NCBI GenBank assembly: GCA_035367355.1
Contig: DAOSJS010000003.1
Span: 1-37,790 of the forward strand
Reading direction: 5' to 3'
Source of the DNA: Candidatus Hydrogenedentota bacterium
Lineage (GTDB): Bacteria > Hydrogenedentota > Hydrogenedentia > Hydrogenedentales > SLHB01
DNA length: 37,790 nucleotides
Both the position numbers and the translations under genes were made by a program. Each line of letters begins with the position of its first letter. The stretch's first letter is position 1. The notes under the pieces were generated by a model. It had not been told where the DNA came from, ran no database searches, and was given only the letters and a program-made list of their open reading frames with translations. Shown here one piece after another: positions 14,765 to 24,086 of the stretch.

Positions 14765-14772
14765 GGATTCAG

Positions 14773-15627
14773 ATGCGAGGCCGCGTTGAAGCAATCGATG
14801 ATATCGCGACCCTGCCCGAGGTTTTGACCCGGATCATCGCCGTGGTCCAGGATGAAAGCACCACCGCCCTGGATCTGGCCGACGAGATCGTGCGTGATCA
14901 AGCTCTGGCGATGCGCGTCCTGCGTGTGGTGAACTCCAGTTTCTACGGCTTTCCGCGGGCCATTTCAAACATCCCCGAAGCGGTGGTGATACTGGGCTTC
15001 AACGAAATCGAGCGGCTCGCCCTCACCATCTCCGTCATCAACATCTTCGGGAAGAGCCCGGCCCATGTACGTGCCCTGCACAATCTCTGGCGGCACAGTC
15101 TGGCCTGTTCGCTGGCAGCCGGAACGCTGGAACAGCATTTTCGCCGGCTGTACCCCGAGATTGCGGGCGCGCATCTCGCGGGCTTGCTGCACGACATCGG
15201 CAAGGCGGTGATTATCCAGTATTTTCCCGACGAACTGACTCGGGTGATCCATATGGTGGAGTCCCTGGGCTGCTCCGCTTACGAAGCAGAGTACGAAGTG
15301 TTCGGCGGCATAACCCATGGTGAAATCGGCGCGTGGCTGGCGGAACGATGGCAGTTGCCCGAAGTGCTGGTACAGAGTATCGCCGGGACTCACCGCCCGT
15401 CCGATGTGCCGGGCAATCCGATCATGCCGCATGCGACTCATTTGGCGGACGCGCTGGTCAACATGATGGGCATCGGCGCGCTGAACGATCAGCCGCAAGC
15501 CCTGTCTCCCAATCCCGAGTCGCTCGAAAGACTCCCCCTGGATGAGGGTCTTGTGACGCGGATTCAGGAACGCCTCAATAAACAGCGGGGATTGCTGGGC
15601 GCGGTGGCGGTAGGCGCACTGAGCTGA
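14773..15627 (+). CDS. HDOD domain-containing signalling protein
   Basis: ATG at 14773 lies 6 nt after GGGAGGA. The sequence LPEVLTRIIAVVQDESTTALDLADEIVRDQALAMRVLRVVNSSFYGFPRAISNIPEAVVILGF is a canonical HDOD N-terminal region. Confidence 0.85.
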   Translation: MRGRVEAIDDIATLPEVLTRIIAVVQDESTTALDLADEIVRDQALAMRVLRVVNSSFYGFPRAISNIPEAVVILGFNEIERLALTISVINIFGKSPAHVRALHNLWRHSLACSLAAGTLEQHFRRLYPEIAGAHLAGLLHDIGKAVIIQYFPDELTRVIHMVESLGCSAYEAEYEVFGGITHGEIGAWLAERWQLPEVLVQSIAGTHRPSDVPGNPIMPHATHLADALVNMMGIGALNDQPQALSPNPESLERLPLDEGLVTRIQERLNKQRGLLGAVAVGALS

Positions 15628-15734
15628 CCGCGTGTGGCGGACCCGGTTTCGGTAGCGGTATATTGAACCCACATGATGGGCTTGCGGACAGGTGATTTTT
15701 CCCCGTGCCCTGCATACCCGGAAGGAGAACTGAC

Positions 15735-16592
15735 ATGATGATGCGAACAGCCTTGGCTGGAATGATCGCGGTGCTGGGTTGCCAGGCAGCGCTCGGCGCC
15801 GAGCAACCCGTGCCTAAAAACGTGCTTTTTCTACTGACGTCGGAAGGCTTTGCCCACAGCCCGACCGTCGCGAAAGACGGCGAACCACCGCTTGCGGAGA
15901 AGATCCTGCGGCCCATTCTCGAGAAGATGGGGGCCAGCCTGACGGTGACGTACGACGCCAGCACCATCAACGCGGAAAACCTCAAAAATTACGACCTCGT
16001 CATGTTTTACACCCAAGGGGACCTCACCCGGCCCAATATGACCAATACGCCGCCCATGGGGCCGAACGGCCAGACGGAACTGATCCAATGGATCGAGAAA
16101 GGCGGCCGCTTCCTCGGGTTTCATTCCGCAACGGACACATTTGACGTCGAGGGCGACGTGATCACGCCGTACATCTCCATGATCGGCGCGGAATTCAAGA
16201 CGCACGGGCAGCAATTTGTGGGCAAGGTGCAGGTGGTCGATCCCCAGCATCCGGCCATGGCCCGTATCCCCGACGGCTGGGAGCTCAACGAGGAGTGGTA
16301 CTTGTTCCACAAGTTCAATGTGGATGCGATTCATGTGCTGGCCCTCATGGATCCCGGTGCGGAACGCGCGAAACAGGAAATGTACAACATCGCCCCGTAT
16401 CCGGTCATCTGGATCCGCGCCCTGGGACAGGGCCGCGTGTATTTCACCGCGCTGGGGCACCGCGAGGACCTCTGGGAAGGCCAACAGTTCCAGCAGGCCT
16501 TCGTCGACGCCGTGCACTGGCTCATGGGTACCGGAGACCCCCAGGCCGAGCCCAATTACCGGAAGGTTGTGCCTGACGCGGCAGCAAAATAA
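15735..16592 (+). CDS. ThuA domain-containing protein (secreted)
   Basis: ATG at 15735 follows GAAGGAGA. Signal peptide MMMRTALAGMIAVLGCQAALGA. Motifs ...GGRFLGFHSATDTF... and YFTALGHRED are typical of the ThuA family. Confidence 0.75.
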   Translation: MMMRTALAGMIAVLGCQAALGAEQPVPKNVLFLLTSEGFAHSPTVAKDGEPPLAEKILRPILEKMGASLTVTYDASTINAENLKNYDLVMFYTQGDLTRPNMTNTPPMGPNGQTELIQWIEKGGRFLGFHSATDTFDVEGDVITPYISMIGAEFKTHGQQFVGKVQVVDPQHPAMARIPDGWELNEEWYLFHKFNVDAIHVLALMDPGAERAKQEMYNIAPYPVIWIRALGQGRVYFTALGHREDLWEGQQFQQAFVDAVHWLMGTGDPQAEPNYRKVVPDAAAK

Positions 16593-16828
16593 CCTGCCGG
16601 CTGCTGACAGGCCCGTACCCGGTAACGCCGTGAGAGATCGGCAGGGTGACGGGTTTGTCTGAATACAGATACATCACTGCGACGCCCAGGCGCAACAGGT
16701 CACGCGCCTGGCGTTGTCGATGGCTTTGGTCATTTTCGTGATCAATTCCTCAAAATCCGCCACCCCGGAAGCGGGCACGAAGTCGTTTTCCTGAGCGCAC
16801 TTCACCCCGCCAGCCCCTCGTTCTGTCG

Positions 16829-16857
16829 TTGACAAGGTATCCGGGGGCGCGTACACT
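16829..16857 (+). promoter_or_regulatory. candidate sigma70-type promoter for the bifunctional-nuclease gene
   Basis: TTGACA (16829-16834), a 17-nt spacer, then TACACT (16852-16857), about 60 nt upstream of the GAGGAGGA SD and the ATG at 16920. Confidence 0.45.
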
Positions 16858-16919
16858 CCAAACCAGACAGTCAACCGGCAGCGGAACAGGCGATAACAGG
16901 GTCCGAAGAGGAGGACGTA

Positions 16920-17381
16920 ATGCTTGAAATGGATATTCTGGGGGTCAGCTTGAGCGAAGAGCACCATCCGCCGGTTGTGCTGCTGCGCCATGGCGACCGG
17001 GTCCTGCCCATCGTCGTGGGCCGGGCGGAGGCGCAGGCCATCCATACCGGCATGATCCACCAGGATCTGGGGCGGCCCATGACCCATGACCTGATCTGCA
17101 ATGTGCTGGCTGGGCTGCGCGGCGAGCTGAAGTCCGTCACGATCTATAAACTCGAAAACGAGACCTTCTACGCCCATCTTAACGTTGAGCAGCAGTCCGT
17201 CGACGGCCAGGTCGAGCAGGTCCTCCGGATCGACTCACGGCCCAGCGACGGGATCGCCATTGCCACCCGCGTAGGCTGCCCTATCTTCGCGGCCGAGGAA
17301 GTCCTCGAAATCGCGGGTCAGGACGTGGCCAACCTGGGACCAGGTGATGACGAGGACGAAGAAGACGATGAATTCGAGTAA
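16920..17381 (+). CDS. bifunctional nuclease family protein (DUF151/BFN) with acidic C-terminal tail
   Basis: PVVLL...RVLPIVVG..EAQAI......RPMTHDL...TFYAHL...IDSRPSDGIAIATRVGCPIF matches the DUF151 pattern. The tail is GDDEDEEDDEFE. Confidence 0.8.
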   Translation: MLEMDILGVSLSEEHHPPVVLLRHGDRVLPIVVGRAEAQAIHTGMIHQDLGRPMTHDLICNVLAGLRGELKSVTIYKLENETFYAHLNVEQQSVDGQVEQVLRIDSRPSDGIAIATRVGCPIFAAEEVLEIAGQDVANLGPGDDEDEEDDEFE

Positions 17382-17575
17382 GGCCCGGTGCGGATGCGCC
17401 AAACCTGCGCGGCAGAAAGCACCGGGGCCCGCGGCCCCCATGCCGCGGCCGCGGCGCCGGATGAAACGCCGGCGGTAAACTCGGGACGATTACGAACGCC
17501 AGCGGCCCGCTTGCGTGCTCCAGCATGGAGAACCGGGGTCGGCCAGGGTTTTCTCAGGACCCCGGATCGGCTATC

Positions 17576-19168
17576 ATGACAGGCAAGATGGCGTCTTGGG
17601 GGACATATTTCAGACGGGCTTCGCTGGCGGTGGTTATCGCGGGGAGCGTGTGGCTCCTGTGGCCCCGGGCCGGCGGCGAGTTCGCCTCGGGTGCGCCGGA
17701 GCACCGGAATAACGGCGCGGAGCCCCGGTTTGTCATCAAATTCGTCCCCGGTCAACAGTATATGCCCGGCACGACCCCGTTCGGGCTGGGTGAACCGCTC
17801 CGCGGCATTGCGGACGTGGTGCGGGATTTTGAGGCCCGGTTTCCCGACACACGGGTGGAACTCATCACCGTGCCCGGCGTGCGCGAGTATCTCGTCACCC
17901 AGCTCAGCAGCGGCAGCGCCCCCGACATCCTGATGGTCAACGTCGAAGATGTCTGGGTCGATGTGCAAAAAGGCTGGTACGTGCCGCTCGACTCCTATCT
18001 GGAGGCTCCCAACCCGTTTATCCGCGAGAAAGGCGACCCGGCTCAGCCCGGATACGGCCAGTGGTGGGACATGTTCAAATACCAGGCCATCAGCCGGGGA
18101 AAGGCCGCGCCCGATAACCTCAATTACTGCATCAGTTTCGACATGGTCGAGACAGGCATCTTCTACAACAAGAACATCTTCCGCGAGGTGGGGGTCGAGC
18201 CGCCAACCACCTGGGACGACTGGCTTGTATCAATGGAAAAGTTGAAGGCCGCCGGGTACATCCCCCTCTTGATGAACCGGGATTTCTTCAACGACTGGGC
18301 CGTCGACCTGGTATTTGACCAGCTGTACTATTCCATTTTGCCGGGCATCGACCTGGTGCAGGACCCCGTGCGGGAGGTTTATCTGGAAGGCTACCTGGAC
18401 TGGGACGAGTTGTGTTTTCTGTTCGAGCAGGGATATTTCACGAAAAAAGACCCGCGGTACGTCGAGTTGTGGACGCATCTGCACGACCTGCGGCAATACT
18501 GCAATCAGAATTTGATGGGCACCGACCTTGCCCGGGAGTTCGTGACGCAGCAGGCGGCCATGCTGTGGATGCCCACGCCGTTCACGTACCGGTTGACGGG
18601 CGACCGGCAGCTCGCATTCGACTGGGGCGTTTTCTATGTGCCCCGCTTCACCACGAAAACCTCCCGGTTCGCCTCCAACACCGACATGTGCGTCATCGGC
18701 GGGGCGGGCACGCAATATGAGGTCAGCAACAGCGCCTATGGCGATACGGGCGATCCGGAAACGTCCGAGCGGTTGAAGCGGGTGATCGCCCTCCTCCAGT
18801 TCCTCATGGTGCCGGAAAACTACGAACGTGTCGTCAATGAGTATCCGTCCATGCTTCCCAATGTGATCGGCGTGCCCGTGCTGCCGGCTGTGCAGCCCTT
18901 CGCCGACATCCTCGAACGCCGCTACACTACTACGAAATGGGTCTATACTTTCGATCTCAAATTCAATGACATCCAGGCGCGGATGCTTGAATTATATCTG
19001 AACGACGGCATCGGCCTGGAGGAATTCATGCGCTGGCAGGTGGATAACGTGCGTACCGCCACCCGTAACCTGCAACTGCGCAAACCGCTCGACCTCACGC
19101 GCCTCGAAGCGCGCTGGAACGAGCTGGCGCCGTTGCGGGCGGGTATGGAGGGGCTGCCCCATGACTAA
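17576..19168 (+). CDS. ABC transporter extracellular solute-binding protein (carbohydrate type)
   Basis: N-terminal anchor/signal (ASLAVVIAGSVWLLW). About 530 aa with family-1 SBP character. Its 3' end overlaps the first permease gene by 8 nt. Start uncertain (17525, 17576 or 17588). Confidence 0.65.
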   Translation: MTGKMASWGTYFRRASLAVVIAGSVWLLWPRAGGEFASGAPEHRNNGAEPRFVIKFVPGQQYMPGTTPFGLGEPLRGIADVVRDFEARFPDTRVELITVPGVREYLVTQLSSGSAPDILMVNVEDVWVDVQKGWYVPLDSYLEAPNPFIREKGDPAQPGYGQWWDMFKYQAISRGKAAPDNLNYCISFDMVETGIFYNKNIFREVGVEPPTTWDDWLVSMEKLKAAGYIPLLMNRDFFNDWAVDLVFDQLYYSILPGIDLVQDPVREVYLEGYLDWDELCFLFEQGYFTKKDPRYVELWTHLHDLRQYCNQNLMGTDLAREFVTQQAAMLWMPTPFTYRLTGDRQLAFDWGVFYVPRFTTKTSRFASNTDMCVIGGAGTQYEVSNSAYGDTGDPETSERLKRVIALLQFLMVPENYERVVNEYPSMLPNVIGVPVLPAVQPFADILERRYTTTKWVYTFDLKFNDIQARMLELYLNDGIGLEEFMRWQVDNVRTATRNLQLRKPLDLTRLEARWNELAPLRAGMEGLPHD

Positions 19169-20084
19169 GCCGGGCAGGCCGCTCTTTGGTTACCGGGCGC
19201 GGTTCACCCTGACCTGCTACGCCCTCCTCGCGGTGCAGATGACGCTGCTGGTGGTGTTTGTCTACGTGCCGGTGTTCTGGGCGTTCTCGAAGTCTTTTTT
19301 CCAGTTCGAAGTGGGAAGCGAGTCGCATTTCGTGGGATTCGCCAACTACACCGAGCTGCTGTTCCGCGATCCCACAACTCTCCCATCACTGCTGCATATG
19401 CTGTTCCTGACCGCATTCGCGGTCTGCGTCCGGCTGACCATCCCGCTGGTGGTCGCGAAATTAATCCATTCGCTTTCGCGCGAGAAAAGCCGGTACCTGT
19501 TCCGGATCCTGTTCCTGGTGCCCGTGGTGGTTCCGGGCGTGGCAGTGCAGCTGATCTGGTTCGGGATGATTTACAACGACCGGGGCATGGCGAACGAGCT
19601 GCTTCGGGCGGTGGGTCTCGAGCACTGGGTCCGGGGCTGGTTGAGCGACCCTTCCACAGCCCTCGTAGCCGTCGCGTTCGTGGGGTTCCCCTGGGTGGGC
19701 GGATTTGAGGTGCTGATCTACTATGCCGGCCTCTCGTCCATCCCCGAAAGCGTGACCGAGGCGGCCCTGCTCGAAGGATGCACGGGAATCCAGAAGTTTT
19801 TCCGCATCGACATCCCCATGGTGATGAGCCAGCTCAAGCTCATCCTCATCCTGACCATCATCGGGGGCGTACAGTCGTTTGAGAGCCTGTTCATTCTGAC
19901 CAAAGGCGGGCCGGGTTTCAAGACCATGGTCCCCGGATTGTGGATGTATTTTAACGCGTTCAGTTTTCAGCGCATGGGATACGCCTGCGCCATCGGTGTG
20001 TGCCTGTTTTTCATCATTTTCGGGCTGACCGTCCTTAATATGCGCTATTTTCGTTCCACCACCGAACTGGAGGGACAGGGATGA
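19161..20084 (+). CDS. carbohydrate ABC transporter permease (MalF-type)
   Basis: Multi-TM protein with an EAA-loop motif (EAALLEGCTGIQKFFRIDIPMV). GGAGGGG lies 7 nt upstream of the ATG. Confidence 0.8.
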   Translation: MTKPGRPLFGYRARFTLTCYALLAVQMTLLVVFVYVPVFWAFSKSFFQFEVGSESHFVGFANYTELLFRDPTTLPSLLHMLFLTAFAVCVRLTIPLVVAKLIHSLSREKSRYLFRILFLVPVVVPGVAVQLIWFGMIYNDRGMANELLRAVGLEHWVRGWLSDPSTALVAVAFVGFPWVGGFEVLIYYAGLSSIPESVTEAALLEGCTGIQKFFRIDIPMVMSQLKLILILTIIGGVQSFESLFILTKGGPGFKTMVPGLWMYFNAFSFQRMGYACAIGVCLFFIIFGLTVLNMRYFRSTTELEGQG

Positions 20085-21040
20085 CTGGAGAGCGGCGGCG
20101 GCGCGCGCGCGACCTGGCGCTGATGCTCTGCATCGGCGGCTTCGGCGCGCTGACGCTCATTCCGTTCGCGTTTGCGCTCAACAACTCGTTTCGGGCCAAT
20201 TACGAGATGGACCACGCGTTTTTCGGATTTCCGGAGAACTTTAAAGGCCTGGCGCGGGCAACTGTTGCCGCGATGTCGGGCTCGGACACGGTTTTTCGAG
20301 TTGAAACTGACGCGGGCGACCTGATCGAAGCCTCCGGATGGGGCGCCGTGGGCCGCTACTGGCATGCGGCTACCAAAGGGTACCGGGTGTCCTGGGGCAC
20401 GCTGAGACCGTACATGATCAATACATTCTTCGTGTGCGGCGCGACTACCCTCGGCGTGGTCGCGCTGGGCTCGATCTCGGCGTATATTCTTTCGCGGTAC
20501 CGGTTCTATGGTTCGCGAATCATCTTCTACTTCATCATCGGCACCATGATGTTTCCCGCTGCGCTCACCCTGGTCCCCTCGTTCATGGTCGTGCGAAGCC
20601 TCGGCCTGCTTAACACCTACGGGGCGATGGTCTTGCCCTATATCGCGGGCGGACAGGTCTTCGCGACCTTTGTGTTTAAAGGATTCTTCGACGGGCTCCC
20701 CGAGGAGCTGTTTGAATCGGCCCGTATTGACGGCGCAGGCCATTTCCGGATCTATATCGACATTGTGCTGCCTCTGTCCAAGCCGGTGCTCTCCGTGGTG
20801 GCGATCATGACCATCCTCGGCACGTGGAATAACTTCCTGTGGCCGTTCATCGTAAATACCGACGGGCGCTATCACGTGATCGCCTCGGGGCTCTACGTGC
20901 TGGCAACAACCAATTTCGCCCAGAATTACAGCAGTCTGTTCGCCGCCTACATGACCGCCAGCATTCCCCTCTTGCTGCTCTTCACCTACGCCACGAAGCC
21001 TTTCGTGCAAGGCGTGACCTCGGGAGCGTTCAAGGCGTAG
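20081..21040 (+). CDS. carbohydrate ABC transporter permease (MalG-type)
   Basis: ATGA overlap with the upstream permease gene. EAA-loop motif ESARIDGAGHFRIYIDIVLPLSKP. Confidence 0.8.
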   Translation: MTGERRRRARDLALMLCIGGFGALTLIPFAFALNNSFRANYEMDHAFFGFPENFKGLARATVAAMSGSDTVFRVETDAGDLIEASGWGAVGRYWHAATKGYRVSWGTLRPYMINTFFVCGATTLGVVALGSISAYILSRYRFYGSRIIFYFIIGTMMFPAALTLVPSFMVVRSLGLLNTYGAMVLPYIAGGQVFATFVFKGFFDGLPEELFESARIDGAGHFRIYIDIVLPLSKPVLSVVAIMTILGTWNNFLWPFIVNTDGRYHVIASGLYVLATTNFAQNYSSLFAAYMTASIPLLLLFTYATKPFVQGVTSGAFKA

Positions 21041-21212
21041 CCGGAGGATCGTCTCCAGGAAATCATGGCACGGCGGAACGGGTTGACTCTGCAGCGCGCA
21101 GAAGGCGGGGCCTGCCACAACCACGAAACTGCGCAGCCTGTTCAAGGCGGTTTGCTTGTCGTAACATATTGATTTACAACCAATTAACTGGCTATTGCCG
21201 GAAGGGTGAATC

Positions 21213-21241
21213 TTGACACTTCCGGCAAAATACAGTAAAAT
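21213..21241 (+). promoter_or_regulatory. candidate sigma70-type promoter of the polysaccharide operon
   Basis: TTGACA (21213-21218), a 17-nt spacer, then TAAAAT (21236-21241), inside a locally AT-rich intergenic stretch. Confidence 0.5.
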
Positions 21242-21310
21242 TCTCACTACGTGCCCTTCGTGGAGACAAGCGCGGCCCAAGCATCGATCCAGGGGGCTGG
21301 AAGGGGAAAG

Positions 21311-22732
21311 ATGGCAGTTCGTCGACAGTCCAGGCTGTTCAGGCTGGGAGTGGCGTTTTGCGACCTGGTATGTGCGGTATGCGCCTATGTCGGGACGCTG
21401 CTGCTGCTTCAACCCGAAGGACAATCGCTTCAGGACTTTGCACGGAGTAATCTCGCGTATTTCTGCGTATTCGCCCTGGTATGGTGTGGCACGGCCACGG
21501 ATCAGCATTTATTCGCTCTTCCCCGGGAAGACAACCTGAAACGACTGGCGTGGGCGGTGCTGAAATCCGTGGTTGTGGCGCTGGTATTCAGCGGATTCGT
21601 GATCACCTTTTTCACCCGGCAGGGCGTCGGCCGCGAGTTTTTCCTGACGTTTGGGTTCCTGGCGCTTACGTTCATCCTGGTGTTCCGGCTGGCCTTGCGG
21701 GCAATTCTTGAATACGTGCGGAAACAGGGGTTCAACTTCCGCCGGGTGGTGGTGGTCGGCGCCAACGAACGGGCACAAAAACTGGTCGATATCATTCAGA
21801 GCCACCTTCATTACGGCTACCACATCATTGGATTTGTGGATGACGAACCGGAACGCCAGGAGGCGTTCAAACCGCACCGTCTCGACTACCTCGGGAATTG
21901 CGGCGAACTGGAACAGATGCTCCAGGAAGGCGTGATTGACGAGGTCTACATCTGCCTGCCGGTTCGTTCGCATTACGAGAAGATCCGCCGTATCGCGTAT
22001 CTGTGCGAAGGTGTCGGGCTGCCGGTGCGCCTCGTGGCCGAATTGTTCCCCTTGCGCCTGGCTCGCAGCCATCTCGCCCACTTCGATGATCTGCCGCTGT
22101 TGTCGCTGTCGACCACACCGGAGACGTACGGCCAGCTGCTCATGAAACGGCTGATTGATTTTTCCGCATCGTCTCTGGGCTTGCTGGCCACCGGATGGTG
22201 GCTGTTTCCGATCGTGGCGATCCTGATCAAGCTGGAATCGCGCGGGCCGGTCTTCTTCAAGCAGGAACGCGTCGGCCAGAACGGCCGGCGGTTTCATATC
22301 TACAAGTTCCGTTCGATGGTAGTCGACGCTGAAGAGCGCAAGAAAGACCTGGCTGCGCTCAATGAGGCCGACGGACCAGTCTTCAAAATGCGCCGGGACC
22401 CCCGGGTCACGCGCGTGGGCTCGTTTCTCCGAAAAACCAGCCTCGACGAGCTGCCCCAGCTGCTCAACGTATGGCTGGGCCACATGAGCCTGGTGGGGCC
22501 CCGCCCGCCGATCCCGTCCGAAGTTGAGCAGTATTCCTGGGAGCAGCGGCGGCGCCTGAGCGTCCGGCCGGGGCTCACGGGGCTCCAGCAGGTCAGCGGC
22601 CGAAGCGATGTGAGTTTCGACGACTGGGTGGCCATGGACCTCGCCTATATCGACGAATGGTCGCTCATGACCGACCTCCAAATCCTGCTCCTGACAATCC
22701 GGGTGGTCTTGCTGGGCAAAGGCGCGCGGTAG
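21311..22732 (+). CDS. polyprenyl-phosphate glycosyl-1-phosphate (priming sugar) transferase, WbaP/WcaJ type
   Basis: ATG at 21311 follows GGAAGGGGAAAG. N-terminal TM helices. The C-terminal catalytic domain shows FKQERVG..G..F.IYKFRSM...[37 protein letters not shown]. Confidence 0.85.
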   Translation: MAVRRQSRLFRLGVAFCDLVCAVCAYVGTLLLLQPEGQSLQDFARSNLAYFCVFALVWCGTATDQHLFALPREDNLKRLAWAVLKSVVVALVFSGFVITFFTRQGVGREFFLTFGFLALTFILVFRLALRAILEYVRKQGFNFRRVVVVGANERAQKLVDIIQSHLHYGYHIIGFVDDEPERQEAFKPHRLDYLGNCGELEQMLQEGVIDEVYICLPVRSHYEKIRRIAYLCEGVGLPVRLVAELFPLRLARSHLAHFDDLPLLSLSTTPETYGQLLMKRLIDFSASSLGLLATGWWLFPIVAILIKLESRGPVFFKQERVGQNGRRFHIYKFRSMVVDAEERKKDLAALNEADGPVFKMRRDPRVTRVGSFLRKTSLDELPQLLNVWLGHMSLVGPRPPIPSEVEQYSWEQRRRLSVRPGLTGLQQVSGRSDVSFDDWVAMDLAYIDEWSLMTDLQILLLTIRVVLLGKGAR

Positions 22733-22742
22733 CGCACGCGCT

Positions 22743-24086
22743 GTGAACGGCACGGCCGACAACCCCCCATACGCCTTCGCGCCCCGCCGCACGCGCTCCT
22801 GGATGCAGGCCTTCGGGGTGGTCCTCTTGATGCGGACCGCAGCGGCAGGACTGGCCTTTACCGTAACCGCGCTGATCGGCCGCCAGCTCGGCGATGCCCT
22901 GCTCGGCCGCCTCGGGCTGCTGCTGGCCGTCATGGACGTGGCAGCCGGCCTGGTGGGACCCGCCCTCGACACCACGCTGGTCCGGTTTGCCGCGCGCCAC
23001 ATTGCCCCCGGCAGGGATGCTTCGCTCGCCTATTTCCAGCGCATGTTCCGGCTCAAGCTGGCCGTAGCGGTGGGGCTGCTCGCGGCCGGCGCGGTGCTGG
23101 CGCGTCCCTTCTTGAGTTACGTGATGGCCCCGTCCGCGGGCACGGCCATTGGCTCGGGCGGGGTCGTGCTGGCGTTTGCAGGCGCGGCGGTGCTCACTCT
23201 GCTGGGGTTCGCCCAGGCATATTACCAGGCGCATTTTCAGATGGCGCGTTACGCGTTCATCGAACTTGCCAACAGCCTGCTGCGCCTGATGGTTGTGGGC
23301 AGCCTGCTTGCCGTGCTCGGGCAGCCATCGGCCCTGCTCCTGCTCGGCGCGTTCGTAGCGAGCTCGGCGCTGGTCGCTGCCGGGAGTCTGGCACGACTGC
23401 CGGGAGCGGTATTCCACAAAGCCACGGATGAGGCGGTCTCACTGCGCGCAGCGCTGGGTTTTGCGAAATGGGTGGCGCTGGCCGCCGTTGCCACCACCCT
23501 CGCCCAGCGGGCGGACGTCTTCATTCTGGGCCTGACGGGGACAACCGGCGCCGCCATTGGGCAGTATGTGGCCGCATTCACGGTAGCGCGGCTCGGCGAT
23601 CTCGCGATCATGACCCTGTTCAGCGTACTGCTTCCCCGTACGAGTGCGCTGACAGCGCCGGACGAATTCCGCCGTTTCCTGAACCGCTTGCTTCCGCTCG
23701 TTTTGGCAGCGTTCGCTGCCGGTCTCCCCGCCTTCTTTGCCTCCCGCTGGGCGGTAACGCTTGTGTTTGGCGCATCTTTCGCGCCCGCGGGCCTCCTGTG
23801 CGGGATTCTTTGCCTGGGCGTGCTGGCCTCGTTCGGCGCGGCCCCGGCGGGCGCAGCGCTTTACGGGATGGGGCGCTCACGCGATGTCGCCGCCCTCGAA
23901 GTGTCCAAACTGATCGCACTCGCCGCGCTGGGCGCGTTTGCGGCCAGGCATTTCGGCGTTGCCGGAATGGCATGGACGGTCTCGGCAGTTCGCGCTACAA
24001 TAGGGATTGCGACATATCTCTGCGCTTATCGCGGAACGAGACTGTTCGCACAAGAATCCGTCGCCAGGGGAGATCACGCGCTGTGA
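22743..24086 (+). CDS. polysaccharide flippase (Wzx/MOP-type) candidate
   Basis: 447 aa, a highly hydrophobic multi-TM protein in the expected operon position. Start uncertain: GTG at 22743 has no clear SD, and the alternative is ATG at 22803. Confidence 0.55.
   Translation: MNGTADNPPYAFAPRRTRSWMQAFGVVLLMRTAAAGLAFTVTALIGRQLGDALLGRLGLLLAVMDVAAGLVGPALDTTLVRFAARHIAPGRDASLAYFQRMFRLKLAVAVGLLAAGAVLARPFLSYVMAPSAGTAIGSGGVVLAFAGAAVLTLLGFAQAYYQAHFQMARYAFIELANSLLRLMVVGSLLAVLGQPSALLLLGAFVASSALVAAGSLARLPGAVFHKATDEAVSLRAALGFAKWVALAAVATTLAQRADVFILGLTGTTGAAIGQYVAAFTVARLGDLAIMTLFSVLLPRTSALTAPDEFRRFLNRLLPLVLAAFAAGLPAFFASRWAVTLVFGASFAPAGLLCGILCLGVLASFGAAPAGAALYGMGRSRDVAALEVSKLIALAALGAFAARHFGVAGMAWTVSAVRATIGIATYLCAYRGTRLFAQESVARGDHAL

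Noticed and set aside
14421-14772. Possible c-di-GMP (GEMM-I/II) riboswitch in the intergenic region between the HD-GYP and HDOD genes.
   Set aside because: I found neither the GGCAAACC nor the GACGCAAAGCC-type conserved segments of GEMM-I on either strand. The hairpins seen do not reproduce the two-helix tetraloop/receptor layout. The structures are reported only as unclassified.
23468-24082. Upstream extension of the O-antigen-ligase-like ORF (714-aa version).
   Set aside because: It lies entirely inside the flippase gene in another frame and is Arg-rich. The GTG at 24083 forms a GTGA overlap with the flippase stop, the same coupling seen at 26809.
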